DNA from: a virus
Lineage: Duplodnaviria; Caudoviricetes
IMG/VR virus record: IMGVR_UViG_3300044836_000039
Span: 1-51,405 of that record
Length of the DNA stretch: 51,405 nucleotides
Strand: one strand, 5' to 3'
Position 1 is the first letter of the stretch. The number at the start of each line of letters is the position of its first letter. Below, piece by piece: positions 1 to 8,047 of the stretch. Below the pieces are notes generated by a model. That model was not told where the DNA came from and searched no databases. It worked only from the letters and a program-made list of their open reading frames with translations. Both the position numbers and the translations under genes were made by a program.

Positions 1-467
1 TGTCCGACCTGCGAGCCGACCTGCGAGCCGACCTGCGAGCCGACCTGCGAGTCGACCTGCGAGCGGACCTGCGAGCCGACCTGCGAGCCGACCTGCGAGT
101 AGACCTGCGAGCCGACCTGCGAGTAGACCTGCGAGCCGACCTGCGAGCCGACCTGCGAGCGGACCTGCGAGCCGACCTGCGAGCCGACCTGCGAGCCGAC
201 CTGCGAGCGGTTCAAAGCCTCCGCCACGATCAACGGCGCCAGTGCCTGTCCGATCGCACCCGCCCACGGCGACCCCAGCCACACGATCACCCGTGGCGGC
301 TCCAGCCCACCGGCCCGATACGCCAGCCGTACGCCCTCCTCAGCTGCGGCACGGTCCGCCGGCTGCGTCGACAGGCCAAGGGCGAGCCATTCGTCTCGCT
401 TGACCGCCAGCAGGGCCTGCTGCGCGTCGGTGAGCGCGGTGATCCGCGAAGGCTTGGCGGTGCTCAT
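1..467 (-). CDS. DUF6745-like repeat protein, N-terminal part (continues across the circular junction into 51150..50493)
   Basis: ATG at 467 overlaps the upstream TGA; [20 protein letters not shown]...[18 protein letters not shown]...VWLGSP then xSQV repeats; 467+658 nt = 1125 nt, in frame. Confidence 0.85.
   Translation of the reverse strand, partial: MSTAKPSRITALTDAQQALLAVKRDEWLALGLSTQPADRAAAEEGVRLAYRAGGLEPPRVIVWLGSPWAGAIGQALAPLIVAEALNRSQVGSQVGSQVGSQVRSQVGSQVGSQVYSQVGSQVYSQVGSQVGSQVRSQVDSQVGSQVGSQVGSQVG
4..207 (-). repeat. 17 x 12-bp coding tandem repeat NNGACCTGCGAG (xSQV; x = G, D, R, Y)
   Basis: Read directly from the sequence; only 2 of 12 positions vary. Confidence 0.97.
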
Positions 468-691
468 CTGACGGGCTCCTGGACGTAGTGGGGGCAATAC
501 CGGATGTGGTTGTCGTGCCAGGCACACATGCCGCGTTGGCCGAGGTGAATGGCCCCGACGAACAGCAGCACCATGAGCAGGCAGACGAGGACGGTCCCGA
601 GCGGCGTGAAGCGCAGGCCGTGACCGTGGGGCGCGGTGTCGGTCCACGAGGTGCGGGCGGTCATGACGTCGCCTCGGCGGAGGCCGGTCAC
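464..691 (-). CDS. Small single-TM membrane protein
   Basis: Hydrophobic stretch [18 protein letters not shown]; 4-bp overlaps with both neighbours. Confidence 0.65.
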   Translation of the reverse strand: MTGLRRGDVMTARTSWTDTAPHGHGLRFTPLGTVLVCLLMVLLFVGAIHLGQRGMCAWHDNHIRYCPHYVQEPVR

Positions 692-1464
692 GACGACACC
701 GCCCGCGCGGCCTCGGCCGCGTCAGCAGCGGCGTCGTTCTCGCAGTACGAGCAGTGCTCGTGGATGCATTCGCTGGCTGCCTTGTCGGCCTCCGCCCAAG
801 CGCCACGCACCGCGTTGGCCACCGTGTGCCAGGCGTCGATCCAGTCGGCCGGGTCGTTCGACCTGCTCAAGAGCGAGCCGTTGCCGCCAAGCTCCTTGAT
901 CCGGTCCAGCCACCGCTGCGCCGCCTCGGGCCACGGTGCCTGCCCGATCCCGCTGTCATAGATGACGCTGTACAGACGACGCGCCGCCTCCGCCTTGGCG
1001 TCGTGGTCGCGTAGTGACGACGCATCGACGGTGATCCAGGGGCCGTTCTCGGCCATCGTCGTGAAGTCGGTGACCGATAGCCGTTGCCCGTACCTCATCC
1101 ACTGCTCGGGGGCCCGCGGGTGCCGGACGTAGATCTGCGCCGTTGACAGGGAGACGAGCGCGATCTGCTCGCCGTGCTCATGCTCCGGGGGGAGCGGGGG
1201 CTCGTCGCCCATCGTGAGGAGTAGTCCGACCGTCCGGGGCAGCTCGTCCGCGAAGGGGGCGCGCCAGTTGTGCGGGGTGATCACGTCCCGGAGGTACGCG
1301 GCCTCGTTCTGCGCGGTGTCGCGCTCCCATGAGGTCGTGTCGAGCTGCTCACGGAGTGCGTCGCGCTCGGCCGTGACACCGGCGAGCTCCGCGCGCAGGG
1401 TGTCGGAGGAGCGGAGCCGCGAAAGCACGGCCGCTGGCAGCGGCAGACCAGGATCGGTAGTCAC
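688..1464 (-). CDS. Hypothetical early protein with N-terminal coiled coil
   Basis: 258 aa ORF coupled by 4-bp overlaps; heptad-like LRAELAGVTAERDALREQL. Confidence 0.7.
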   Translation of the reverse strand: MTTDPGLPLPAAVLSRLRSSDTLRAELAGVTAERDALREQLDTTSWERDTAQNEAAYLRDVITPHNWRAPFADELPRTVGLLLTMGDEPPLPPEHEHGEQIALVSLSTAQIYVRHPRAPEQWMRYGQRLSVTDFTTMAENGPWITVDASSLRDHDAKAEAARRLYSVIYDSGIGQAPWPEAAQRWLDRIKELGGNGSLLSRSNDPADWIDAWHTVANAVRGAWAEADKAASECIHEHCSYCENDAAADAAEAARAVSS

Positions 1465-1871
1465 TCGGCCACCAGGCCAACCCCGAAACGATCCGTGATC
1501 TCAGTCGGGAGGAGTTCGTGGCCTTGGACCATCCACCAGATCGCCTCGTGGTAGCCGCTGCCTGTCCAGGAGACCGAGGCGAAGCCGTGCATCTCACCGG
1601 GCGTCTCCGTGACGACCAGGCCGAGCGCAGCGCACCAACGGCGCACGACGTTCTGCACGAGCCGCTCGCCGGTCGCGTCGACTAGGACCTCAGCGGCGGT
1701 CGTGACGGTCACCCGCGCCGGCGGCAGATCCTCCGTCGTGATCAAAGACGCAACCCGATGGAGCAGCGACGCGTGGGACGGGCAGGTCCGCGACGGCGTG
1801 GTGATCTCGTTGACCCGGCGCGCCGTCAGCTCGGCCAGTTCCGCGCGCATCGCCGCGACATCGACGGTCAT
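1461..1871 (-). CDS. Hypothetical protein
   Basis: Operon-coupled ORF. Confidence 0.65.
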   Translation of the reverse strand: MTVDVAAMRAELAELTARRVNEITTPSRTCPSHASLLHRVASLITTEDLPPARVTVTTAAEVLVDATGERLVQNVVRRWCAALGLVVTETPGEMHGFASVSWTGSGYHEAIWWMVQGHELLPTEITDRFGVGLVAE

Positions 1872-2278
1872 GCCGGCACCGACTCAGCAGCGACCCATGG
1901 GCCCTCGACGATCAGGTGACTCGTCGTGTGCGACTTCCGTCGGCCGAGGGTCGGGTGCTCGTCGACATCGGTGGTGCCGGCGATGGCGGTTACCCACGCG
2001 TCGAAGTTCTCCGCCGTGTCGGTGTCGACAACCAGCCGACCGTCCCAGCGAAGCCGGGTCAACGTCGGCGTCGGCAGACCAGCGGCGATGCACTCACCCA
2101 GGACCCTGTACGCCTGGGTGCGGCGCGCGTGGTCCTGCGCCTCCTGGATCGAGTCCCGGTTGAGGGTGATGAACTCCGAGAGATCGAAGGCCGCGTCGGG
2201 CTGCAGGTAGTAGACGGGCTCGCCGTCGTCGTCGGGCAGAACGATCGAGCCGTCCGGACGCAGCGCGAAGGGGCTCAT
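1868..2278 (-). CDS. Hypothetical protein
   Basis: Operon-coupled ORF. Confidence 0.65.
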   Translation of the reverse strand: MSPFALRPDGSIVLPDDDGEPVYYLQPDAAFDLSEFITLNRDSIQEAQDHARRTQAYRVLGECIAAGLPTPTLTRLRWDGRLVVDTDTAENFDAWVTAIAGTTDVDEHPTLGRRKSHTTSHLIVEGPWVAAESVPA

Positions 2279-2541
2279 GCCGCACCCACCTGTGCCTGCG
2301 ACGCCGCGTCCTCGATCTCGGCCGCGTACAACCCGGCCTGGTCGGCGGCGTCCTGCGCGGCCTGCGCCATCTCGCCGTACGCCCGGGCCAGCCGGATCGC
2401 GTAGTCCTCCGCGATCAGCCGGGGCAGACCGACCTGCCCGCTGGTCTGCTCGGCCAGGGCGGTGAAGCCTGCGGCGTCGACGAGCAACGCCGACTGGATC
2501 GCCCGCCAGTCAGCGGCGGTCCGGGGATCGGTCTTGATCAT
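2275..2541 (-). CDS. Hypothetical protein
   Basis: CAGGAG RBS before ATG 2541; overlap with next gene. Confidence 0.6.
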   Translation of the reverse strand: MIKTDPRTAADWRAIQSALLVDAAGFTALAEQTSGQVGLPRLIAEDYAIRLARAYGEMAQAAQDAADQAGLYAAEIEDAASQAQVGAA

Positions 2542-2579
2542 GTTGTGGGGCTCCTGGTTCACTAGTCGGGTAGGGCTCC

Positions 2580-2609
2580 GAGGGGCATCCGTGGTCGCGG
2601 GTGCCCCTC
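2580..2609 (-). other. 12-bp GC-rich intergenic stem-loop in the early transcript (terminator, attenuator or processing site)
   Basis: GAGGGGCATCCG / CGGGTGCCCCTC inverted repeat; no U-tract. Confidence 0.55.
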
Positions 2610-2615
2610 AGCCGT

Positions 2616-2840
2616 TCAGGCGCTACGTGCGCGGGATCGGGACGCGGCGAGCGACATCCGGGTCATGTGCGCGGCCTTCGCCGCCTTCGGGTCAGCGGCG
2701 GCCGCCCACTTCGCGGCGAGCGCGTCCCGGGCGGCTTTCGTCGCAGCGGCCCGGTCGCTGACCTGCGCCCAGCGGGACTGCGCCGCGAGCCGCGCGAGCA
2801 TCGACCGCTGCGCAGGGGTGAGGCCCTTGCTGGCCGTCAT
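2616..2840 (-). CDS. Small basic Ala-rich protein, candidate DNA-binding or recombination directionality factor
   Basis: Directly downstream of cro; SRWA..DR.A.T.AAR pattern seen in actinobacterial mobile elements; function inferred only. Confidence 0.6.
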   Translation of the reverse strand: MTASKGLTPAQRSMLARLAAQSRWAQVSDRAAATKAARDALAAKWAAAADPKAAKAAHMTRMSLAASRSRARSA

Positions 2841-3148
2841 GCGGCTGGGGCCTTTGTGCCACGCCGCGCAACGGTATGAGGCGTCAGATGAGTCACCTCG
2901 CGCATGTCAAAGAGCACAGATGTTGCGATCCCCAGCACCGAGCAGATGGCCTCGGCCAGGGCGGGCCGGCACCGCTTCACGTTGCCGTTCTTCAGCTTCG
3001 ACACGAACTGACGGCTGACGACCTGGGGGTGCGACGGGGTGCCATGGAGCGCGTTGACGCCGCGTGCGATGTCGGCGCAGTCCTTATCGCTGACGATCAT
3101 CTGGGCCGCCAGCTTCTCCGGCGACAGCAGTTCCGCATAGGTCCCCAT
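2837..3148 (-). CDS. Cro-like XRE-family HTH protein
   Basis: AAGGAGGTGG RBS before ATG 3148; SRQFVSKLKNG...LAEAICSVLG HTH pattern; divergent from the repressor. Confidence 0.85.
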   Translation of the reverse strand: MGTYAELLSPEKLAAQMIVSDKDCADIARGVNALHGTPSHPQVVSRQFVSKLKNGNVKRCRPALAEAICSVLGIATSVLFDMREVTHLTPHTVARRGTKAPAA

Positions 3149-3202
3149 CGGCCACCTCCTTTGTCTTCGACGGCTCATCGTTCGGTGCTCCGCATCATTG
3201 CT

Positions 3203-3375
3203 GGTTGCGCGCTTTCGCGCAAGTAGGTGAGTCACATGGTGTGGCGTGGTTGCGCAACCGTCAAGGACTTACCGGGTTGTAGTTCCGCAGTTCAGCGTGA
3301 AAGTTGCTCTGCGCGGCGCTTGTTTTAGTTGCGCACGGTGTGTCGGGCATCCTGCTAAACACGGGTGCGCAACCA
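3203..3375. promoter_or_regulatory. Divergent switch region with repeated TTGCGCAA-type operators
   Basis: Perfect palindrome GGTTGCGCAACC at 3248-3259; related sites near 3203-3222, 3327-3337 and 3364-3374. Confidence 0.7.
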
Positions 3376-3424
3376 ACGAAGGTGGGTTCTGGCGGTGGCA
3401 AGGGACGGGACTGACGCTCCGGCG

Positions 3425-4165
3425 ATGAGCCCGCTGGCCCGTCTCGTGGACGACGCGATGAAGCGTCGGGAATGGTCGACTCGTGACGTCGAGCGTCACG
3501 GGGGACCGCCGTACAGTACGACGGCCCGGATCATCAACCCTGGCGTCCGGTGGCGCCGACCACCCGGCGACGAGACGCTGGAGAAGCTCGGGAAGGCCCT
3601 CCGGATCCCCGTCTCGCGACTGCAGCAAGCCGCGGCCGAGACAGTCGGCTGGAACATCACCGACCGCAGCCCCTCGGAGCATGTCCGCACGATCGTGGCG
3701 GCGATGAGCACCATGGACGGCCGCACCCAGCAGGCGATCGCCGATGTCGTGCTGATCCTCGGAGAGCGACTGGAGGAGATCGCGGCCGCCGCTGAACTCG
3801 TCTCGGCGCGGGATCTGATGCAGCGGCGGAACCAGCTCGTGCATGGTGGACCCGCGGCGGACTATTTCTTCACGGTGCCCCAGCAGGACGGGAGTGAGTC
3901 GGTCATCGCGCTGGAGATCAAGACGCACGGGGGTATCACCGAGACCGCGGCCGTTGAGCAGCTGCTGACGTATCTCCGCGCAGCCGGCATCGAAGCCGAT
4001 GAGGAGGGGGTTCCGGGTCGCGCGGGGATCGGGAAACTCGCGGTCGCCGGAGTCGCAGCACCTCTCCGTCATACGACGGAGCAGCTGGCTGCCCGCGCCG
4101 GCCATCCGGAACACGCCCCAGACGACACCGGCGAGGGCTCACAAGACACAGGCGACCGTCCGTGA
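3425..4165 (+). CDS. Immunity repressor (ImmR-like HTH) with extra nuclease-like motifs; start could be GTG 3395
   Basis: N-terminal HTH (WSTRDVERHGG...ETLEKLGKAL), divergent from cro, upstream of ImmA; C-terminal LAAR plus acidic tail. Confidence 0.8.
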   Translation: MSPLARLVDDAMKRREWSTRDVERHGGPPYSTTARIINPGVRWRRPPGDETLEKLGKALRIPVSRLQQAAAETVGWNITDRSPSEHVRTIVAAMSTMDGRTQQAIADVVLILGERLEEIAAAAELVSARDLMQRRNQLVHGGPAADYFFTVPQQDGSESVIALEIKTHGGITETAAVEQLLTYLRAAGIEADEEGVPGRAGIGKLAVAGVAAPLRHTTEQLAARAGHPEHAPDDTGEGSQDTGDRP

Positions 4166-4171
4166 CGGTTT

Positions 4172-4200
4172 TGTCAGTGGCGGCACCTTGGATGCCGCCC
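4172..4200 (+). promoter_or_regulatory. RecA-NDp/PafBC-like promoter of immA (leaderless)
   Basis: TGTCAG-N10-TTGGAT-N7-ATG; the -10 box has a mismatch at the conserved A. Confidence 0.55.
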
Positions 4201-4614
4201 ATGTCCTGGCACCCCTGGCGAGCGATCCGGCATCTCGACGTGACGGTGCGGTGGGAACGCCGTGACGGCTTGCTGGGCAGCTGGGACGCGGCGACGCGCA
4301 CCATGACGTTCCACCCGGACCAGAGTCAGCGGCAGCGGAGGTGCACCGCCGCGCACGAGCTCGTCCACGCCGAACGCGGCCACCAGGGCGAGTGCAACCG
4401 CCGACTGGAGCGCAAGGTCGACGAGGAAGCCGCGCGGCGGCTGATCACGCTGCCGAAGCTGGCTGACGCGCTGGTCTGGTGTGTTGACGAGTGGGAACTC
4501 GCCGAGGACCTGTGGGTGGATCAGGCGACGGTCCGGGTGCGGCTTGACACGCTGACGTCGTTGGAGCAGCAGTACATCGATGCCCGGATGGCCTCGCGAG
4601 ATGGTGCAGCATGA
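4201..4614 (+). CDS. immA: ImmA/IrrE-family zinc metallopeptidase (anti-repressor)
   Basis: RRCTAAHELVHAE (HExxH), downstream E..VD..AARRLI, C-terminal LAEDLWV helix; adjacent to the repressor. Confidence 0.9.
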   Translation: MSWHPWRAIRHLDVTVRWERRDGLLGSWDAATRTMTFHPDQSQRQRRCTAAHELVHAERGHQGECNRRLERKVDEEAARRLITLPKLADALVWCVDEWELAEDLWVDQATVRVRLDTLTSLEQQYIDARMASRDGAA

Positions 4615-4895
4615 GACGCGCAGTTCTGGGTCTGGTACTGCTGGCTGCGACTGGGTGCGCCTCCTCCGGCACGGACCCCAGCAACGGTCCGGCCGTGACC
4701 GACGATTCCGTGCAGTGCGAGGCCGAGCGGCACGCGATCGAGCGGGACAAGGCCGCGGCCGGTCAGGCCCAAGCGGCTGGCGATGAGGCCACGGCGAGCC
4801 AGAAGCGGCAGGACGTCGGCCTCGCCGCGCATATCGCCCGGGGCCTTGCCGGCTGCGACATCAGCGACCTTGTCGGTCCGTCGGTGGGGCAGTGA
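4611..4895 (+). CDS. Lipoprotein, candidate superinfection exclusion
   Basis: MRR + hydrophobic core + lipobox ATG-C; located in the lysogeny island. Confidence 0.7.
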   Translation: MRRAVLGLVLLAATGCASSGTDPSNGPAVTDDSVQCEAERHAIERDKAAAGQAQAAGDEATASQKRQDVGLAAHIARGLAGCDISDLVGPSVGQ

Positions 4896-5290
4896 CCGCC
4901 AAGCCTCGCAAGCCACCCGAGCTGACGCCGTTCGGTGCGTTGATCCGGGAGGCGATGGCCGACGCGGGCATGTCCTACGGCGAGGTCGAGGCCGCGGGCG
5001 GGCCGTCGCGGCAGACGACGTGGAACCTGGTGAACCGGTCGAGGACGATGCGGCCACCGAAGGACACGACGATCGAACAGCTGACGAAGGCGTTGCCGTC
5101 GTTGTCGGAGGAGGCGCTGCGGGTCGCGGTCGCGCAGGGGATGGGCCTGTCGGCGGCGCCGGCGGTGAACGATCCGTGGCGGGCGCTGGGGCGGGTGCTC
5201 GAGGAGAAGGCCACCGATCAGGAGCGGGATCTGGTCTTGGCGGCGGCGCGGGGGATGTGGGATCAGCTCCGGAAACGGCGCCTCAGATGA
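4892..5290 (+). CDS. Second HTH regulator, paralog of the repressor N-domain
   Basis: TPFGALIREAM...GGPSRQTT...RPPKDTTIEQLTKAL aligns with repressor SPLARLVDDAM...GGPPYSTT...RPPGDETLEKLGKAL. Confidence 0.8.
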   Translation: MTAKPRKPPELTPFGALIREAMADAGMSYGEVEAAGGPSRQTTWNLVNRSRTMRPPKDTTIEQLTKALPSLSEEALRVAVAQGMGLSAAPAVNDPWRALGRVLEEKATDQERDLVLAAARGMWDQLRKRRLR

Positions 5291-5314
5291 GGGCCGAAAG
5301 TGGAAACCTAGGAC

Positions 5315-5343
5315 TGTCCGAGGTCAGCTCTACCGTCGTCGAC
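5315..5343 (+). promoter_or_regulatory. RecA-NDp/PafBC-like promoter of the DUF3263 gene (leaderless)
   Basis: TGTCCG-N10-TACCGT-N7-ATG. Confidence 0.65.
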
Positions 5344-5589
5344 ATGGACGAGTTGACCGACCTCGAGCGGGAGGTCCTGACCTTCGAGCGGCAATGGTGG
5401 AAGTACGCCGGCGCGAAGGAGAGTGAAGTCCGGGAACGGTTCGGGCTCTCCGCGACGCGCTACTACCAGCTGGTCAATGCGCTGATCGACAAGCCGGTCG
5501 CCCTGGTGCACGATCCGATGCTGGTCAAGCGGCTACGACGGTTGCGGGCGACCCGACAACAGCAGCGGCGGGCCCGACCGACTGGCTAG
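5344..5589 (+). CDS. DUF3263 family protein
   Basis: FERQWWKYAGAKE..RERFGLSATRYYQ..NALID...DPMLV.RLRR signature. Confidence 0.9.
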   Translation: MDELTDLEREVLTFERQWWKYAGAKESEVRERFGLSATRYYQLVNALIDKPVALVHDPMLVKRLRRLRATRQQQRRARPTG

Positions 5590-5963
5590 AGCCAGCTCCG
5601 GAGTGCCGCAACGAGCCGGCACACGCGCACGACCTGCTCGGCGAGCCCCTCTGGTCCGGCCTCGGCGTCGACGCGGCAGACGAGCCAGCCCTGGTCGCGC
5701 AGGTAGGCATCCCGGCGTGCGTCCTTGACCGCGGTGGCGGGGTCCCACAGGTGCCGCGGCCCGTCGACCTCCATCGCGACCATGACGTCCAGCCAAGCGA
5801 AATCGATGCGGTAGCGGCCGGCGCGGTGCTGCTGCTTGACGTCAGACGGCGTGAACCGGGCACTGCCCAGGAGGCGACAGACGCGGTCCTCGAGGTCCGA
5901 CCCGGCGACCCAGCCCTTGGCCAGGATGACGTCCCGGATCGCGCGGGACGCGCTCGCGGTCAC
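5586..5963 (-). CDS. DUF559/Vsr-like endonuclease
   Basis: YRIDFAW..VAMEVDG..H...D..RD..L...GW.V.R; GTG overlaps the integrase stop. Confidence 0.85.
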   Translation of the reverse strand: MTASASRAIRDVILAKGWVAGSDLEDRVCRLLGSARFTPSDVKQQHRAGRYRIDFAWLDVMVAMEVDGPRHLWDPATAVKDARRDAYLRDQGWLVCRVDAEAGPEGLAEQVVRVCRLVAALRSWL

Positions 5964-6859
5964 AGCCGGTCTCCGAGGGCCATCCTGCGGTGCGCGTCGC
6001 GGGCCCGCTCTGCTGCTGCGCTCGCGGCATACCGCTGAAGCATCGACCGGGACCGCCACCCAGCGAGCTGCATCAGGTCGCCCTCGTTCCCGCCTTCGGC
6101 GAGCCACCGGTGCGCGGCGGTGTGCCGGAACTGGTGCGGGTGCAGCTCGGGCAGGCCGATCGCGGCGCCACGACGGCGGAGCATCTGGTAGATCCCGTTC
6201 GAGGTCAGCGGCCCCTTGCCCTTCTCGCCCAACCAGAGGCCGGGTTCACCGGCCCTGCGGTCGAGCTTGCGGGCGCGCAGGTACCGGTCTAGCGCGGCGG
6301 TCGTCCGGTTGCCGAACGGCAGAACGCGAGGCCGTCGGCCCTTGCCGAGGACGAGGCACTCCTGCCGGTCGAGGTCGACGTCGTCGACCTTGAGGTCCGC
6401 GATCTCGGTGAGCCGTCCGCCGGTGTCGAGGAACAGGCGGATGATCGCGATGTCGCGGCGGTCGACCTGGCGGCGGCCGGCGCAGGACGCGAGCAGCGCG
6501 GTGAGCTGCTCGTCGGTCAGGACGGGGACGGGCTGCTCGGGGACGATCGGTGGGGCGATGCGGCGCAGCGGGTCGTCGTCGAGCTCGTCCTCTTCGACGA
6601 GCCAGGTGAACCACTGCTGGAGGGCGCGGTAGGTGAGGCTCAGCGTGGCGGGGGAGCGGCCTTCGCTGTAGGCGGTCAGGAAGTCCTCGACGTGCTCGCG
6701 GCCGAGGTTGCCGACGTCGACGCCGGGGTGCTTCGCGGCGAGGAAGTCGAGGAGCTGTCCGGCGGCGCGGAGGTAGACGCGGGTCGTGTTGGGGCTCAGG
6801 TTGCGGACCCGCATCGACCGGTACCAGCTGTCCCGCAGTGAGGTGAGGGTCTCTGTCAT
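5960..6859 (-). CDS. int: Tyrosine integrase (short, XerC-like, no arm-binding N-domain)
   Basis: Complete catalytic set: TGGRLTE (R), GKG (K), HQFRH (HxxR), LAGW (W), QRY (Y); next to attP. Confidence 0.95.
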   Translation of the reverse strand: MTETLTSLRDSWYRSMRVRNLSPNTTRVYLRAAGQLLDFLAAKHPGVDVGNLGREHVEDFLTAYSEGRSPATLSLTYRALQQWFTWLVEEDELDDDPLRRIAPPIVPEQPVPVLTDEQLTALLASCAGRRQVDRRDIAIIRLFLDTGGRLTEIADLKVDDVDLDRQECLVLGKGRRPRVLPFGNRTTAALDRYLRARKLDRRAGEPGLWLGEKGKGPLTSNGIYQMLRRRGAAIGLPELHPHQFRHTAAHRWLAEGGNEGDLMQLAGWRSRSMLQRYAASAAAERARDAHRRMALGDRL

Positions 6860-6887
6860 GGGCGTGTTGTACACGTAGCCAGCGACA
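6860..6887 (-). promoter_or_regulatory. RecA-NDp/PafBC-like promoter of int (leaderless)
   Basis: Minus strand TGTCGC-N10-TACAAC-N6-ATG. Confidence 0.5.
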
Positions 6888-6992
6888 GTTTTTGGTTATC
6901 ACGGTGATGAGGTAGTGCCATGCGTGGATAACCTTTGTGCTGTCGGACCATGGGTCGCCTCCGAGGCAAAGCCGCAGGTCAGACGCGGTGGG

Positions 6993-7034
6993 CGCGCCCG
7001 GCAGGAATCGAACCTGCGACCAAGTGCTTAGAAG
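6993..7034 (-). other. attP common core = 3' half of tRNA-Arg(UCU)
   Basis: Minus strand CTTCTAA anticodon loop, GCACT, TGGTC, GCAGG-TTCGATT-CCTGC T-arm, CGGGCGC-G acceptor; no D-arm or 5' half upstream. Confidence 0.88.
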
Positions 7035-7144
7035 ATACTCATGCGCTTGTCTCTGTGCGGGTGAGCGTGGAGGGCTCCCGCGTAGGCTCCCTCTGTGCCT
7101 TCGGTTATCTGGTTGCAGCAGGCGGCCTTTGGGCGGCTACGCCT

Positions 7145-7330
7145 GTGACCGAGCCGGCTGTCCACCGCACCGCGGATCCGCCGGCCCCGGTGCTGGTCGA
7201 CGACAACGGAGGGACGTGGCCGGGACACGTCCTTGGCTGGCGGGGCGACCGGGTGTACGTCACGTACTCGAGCGGCGTGGGACTGAAGCACCTGACCTGG
7301 GTCGCAGCCAACCAGGTGCACCGGGTCTAG
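7145..7330 (+). CDS. Small hypothetical protein (SH3-like beta fold possible)
   Basis: W.G.VLGWRG..VYVTY...W pattern; converges on the lysis operon end. Confidence 0.55.
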   Translation: MTEPAVHRTADPPAPVLVDDNGGTWPGHVLGWRGDRVYVTYSSGVGLKHLTWVAANQVHRV

Positions 7331-7334
7331 CCGG

Positions 7335-7736
7335 TCAGTCGTCGCCGGGTGCCTTGGCCTTCTGCTCGGGGGTGCCGCCGGGCCAGAAGGCGTAGGGGTC
7401 CTCACCGTTGCCGTGGTGCGGGGCGTAGATGCGCACACCCTCGACCCGAAAGGACTCGCAGGTCTCGTGCAGCTCGATCGAGGCTATGCGGTCGAACACC
7501 CAGCGGACCCAGGCGTCCCGGCTGTAGGTCGCGACCGGCACCACGAACTCGTGCCGGGTGTACCGCATCTCGTCGGGCCGGTAGGTGTTGGGGTTCCAGG
7601 TGAAGACGTACAGGACTGCCCAGTTCTCCCCGTCGCGCCGGTCGAGGCGGAAGCGATCGCCGGGCGGCTGATCCCTGGTGTATTCGATCGACGCGAGGGC
7701 CTCCTCGAGTAGGTCCCAGGTCTGCGGGCGGGTCAT
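7335..7736 (-). CDS. Hypothetical protein
   Basis: 133 aa ORF coupled to holin; IELHETCE...YAPHHG motif. Confidence 0.7.
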   Translation of the reverse strand: MTRPQTWDLLEEALASIEYTRDQPPGDRFRLDRRDGENWAVLYVFTWNPNTYRPDEMRYTRHEFVVPVATYSRDAWVRWVFDRIASIELHETCESFRVEGVRIYAPHHGNGEDPYAFWPGGTPEQKAKAPGDD

Positions 7737-8047
7737 CCGGCTGGGTCCGGTGGTGGTGTCTCGACGACGGCTGGTTCTTCGACCTGGACGCCGGTGGGTG
7801 CCTGGGCGGAGGGGCCGGCGACGACGACCCCTTCATCGGTGCGTTTGGCGACGACGGTGTCCCAGGGGGTGACTTGGCCGCGGACGTAGAACTGGACGCC
7901 GGTCTGGAGGGCGGCGACGGCGAGGACGAACAGGCCAGCTGCCTTGGCTCCGATGGTGTCGGTGAGGGCGGCGCCGCCGACGAGGACCTGTAGTGCGGCC
8001 AGCGTCGACATGACGGCCAGGACGGGGCTGTGCTTGCTGTCGGTCAC
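7733..8047 (-). CDS. Holin
   Basis: Two TM helices then VRGQVTP; directly after the endolysin. Confidence 0.8.
   Translation of the reverse strand: MTDSKHSPVLAVMSTLAALQVLVGGAALTDTIGAKAAGLFVLAVAALQTGVQFYVRGQVTPWDTVVAKRTDEGVVVAGPSAQAPTGVQVEEPAVVETPPPDPAG

Noticed and set aside
1-207. CRISPR array at the window ends
   Set aside because: Units are contiguous 12-mers with no spacers, lie in frame inside a protein gene, and no cas genes are present
3341-3361. Additional PafBC-type promoter TGTCGG upstream of the repressor
   Set aside because: Spacing to TA is 9 rather than 10, the last T is missing, and no start codon sits at the matching distance
6924-6933. DnaA box near attP
   Set aside because: A single imperfect match; no cluster or AT-rich unwinding element
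6993-7070. Complete phage-encoded tRNA-Arg
   Set aside because: No D-arm or 5' acceptor strand upstream of the anticodon loop; fits an attP core
6935-7330. 131-aa ORF spanning attP as an integration-dependent immunity repressor
   Set aside because: No HTH; the N-terminal part is antisense tRNA sequence; only the 7145-7330 portion looks coding, and the true repressor lies elsewhere
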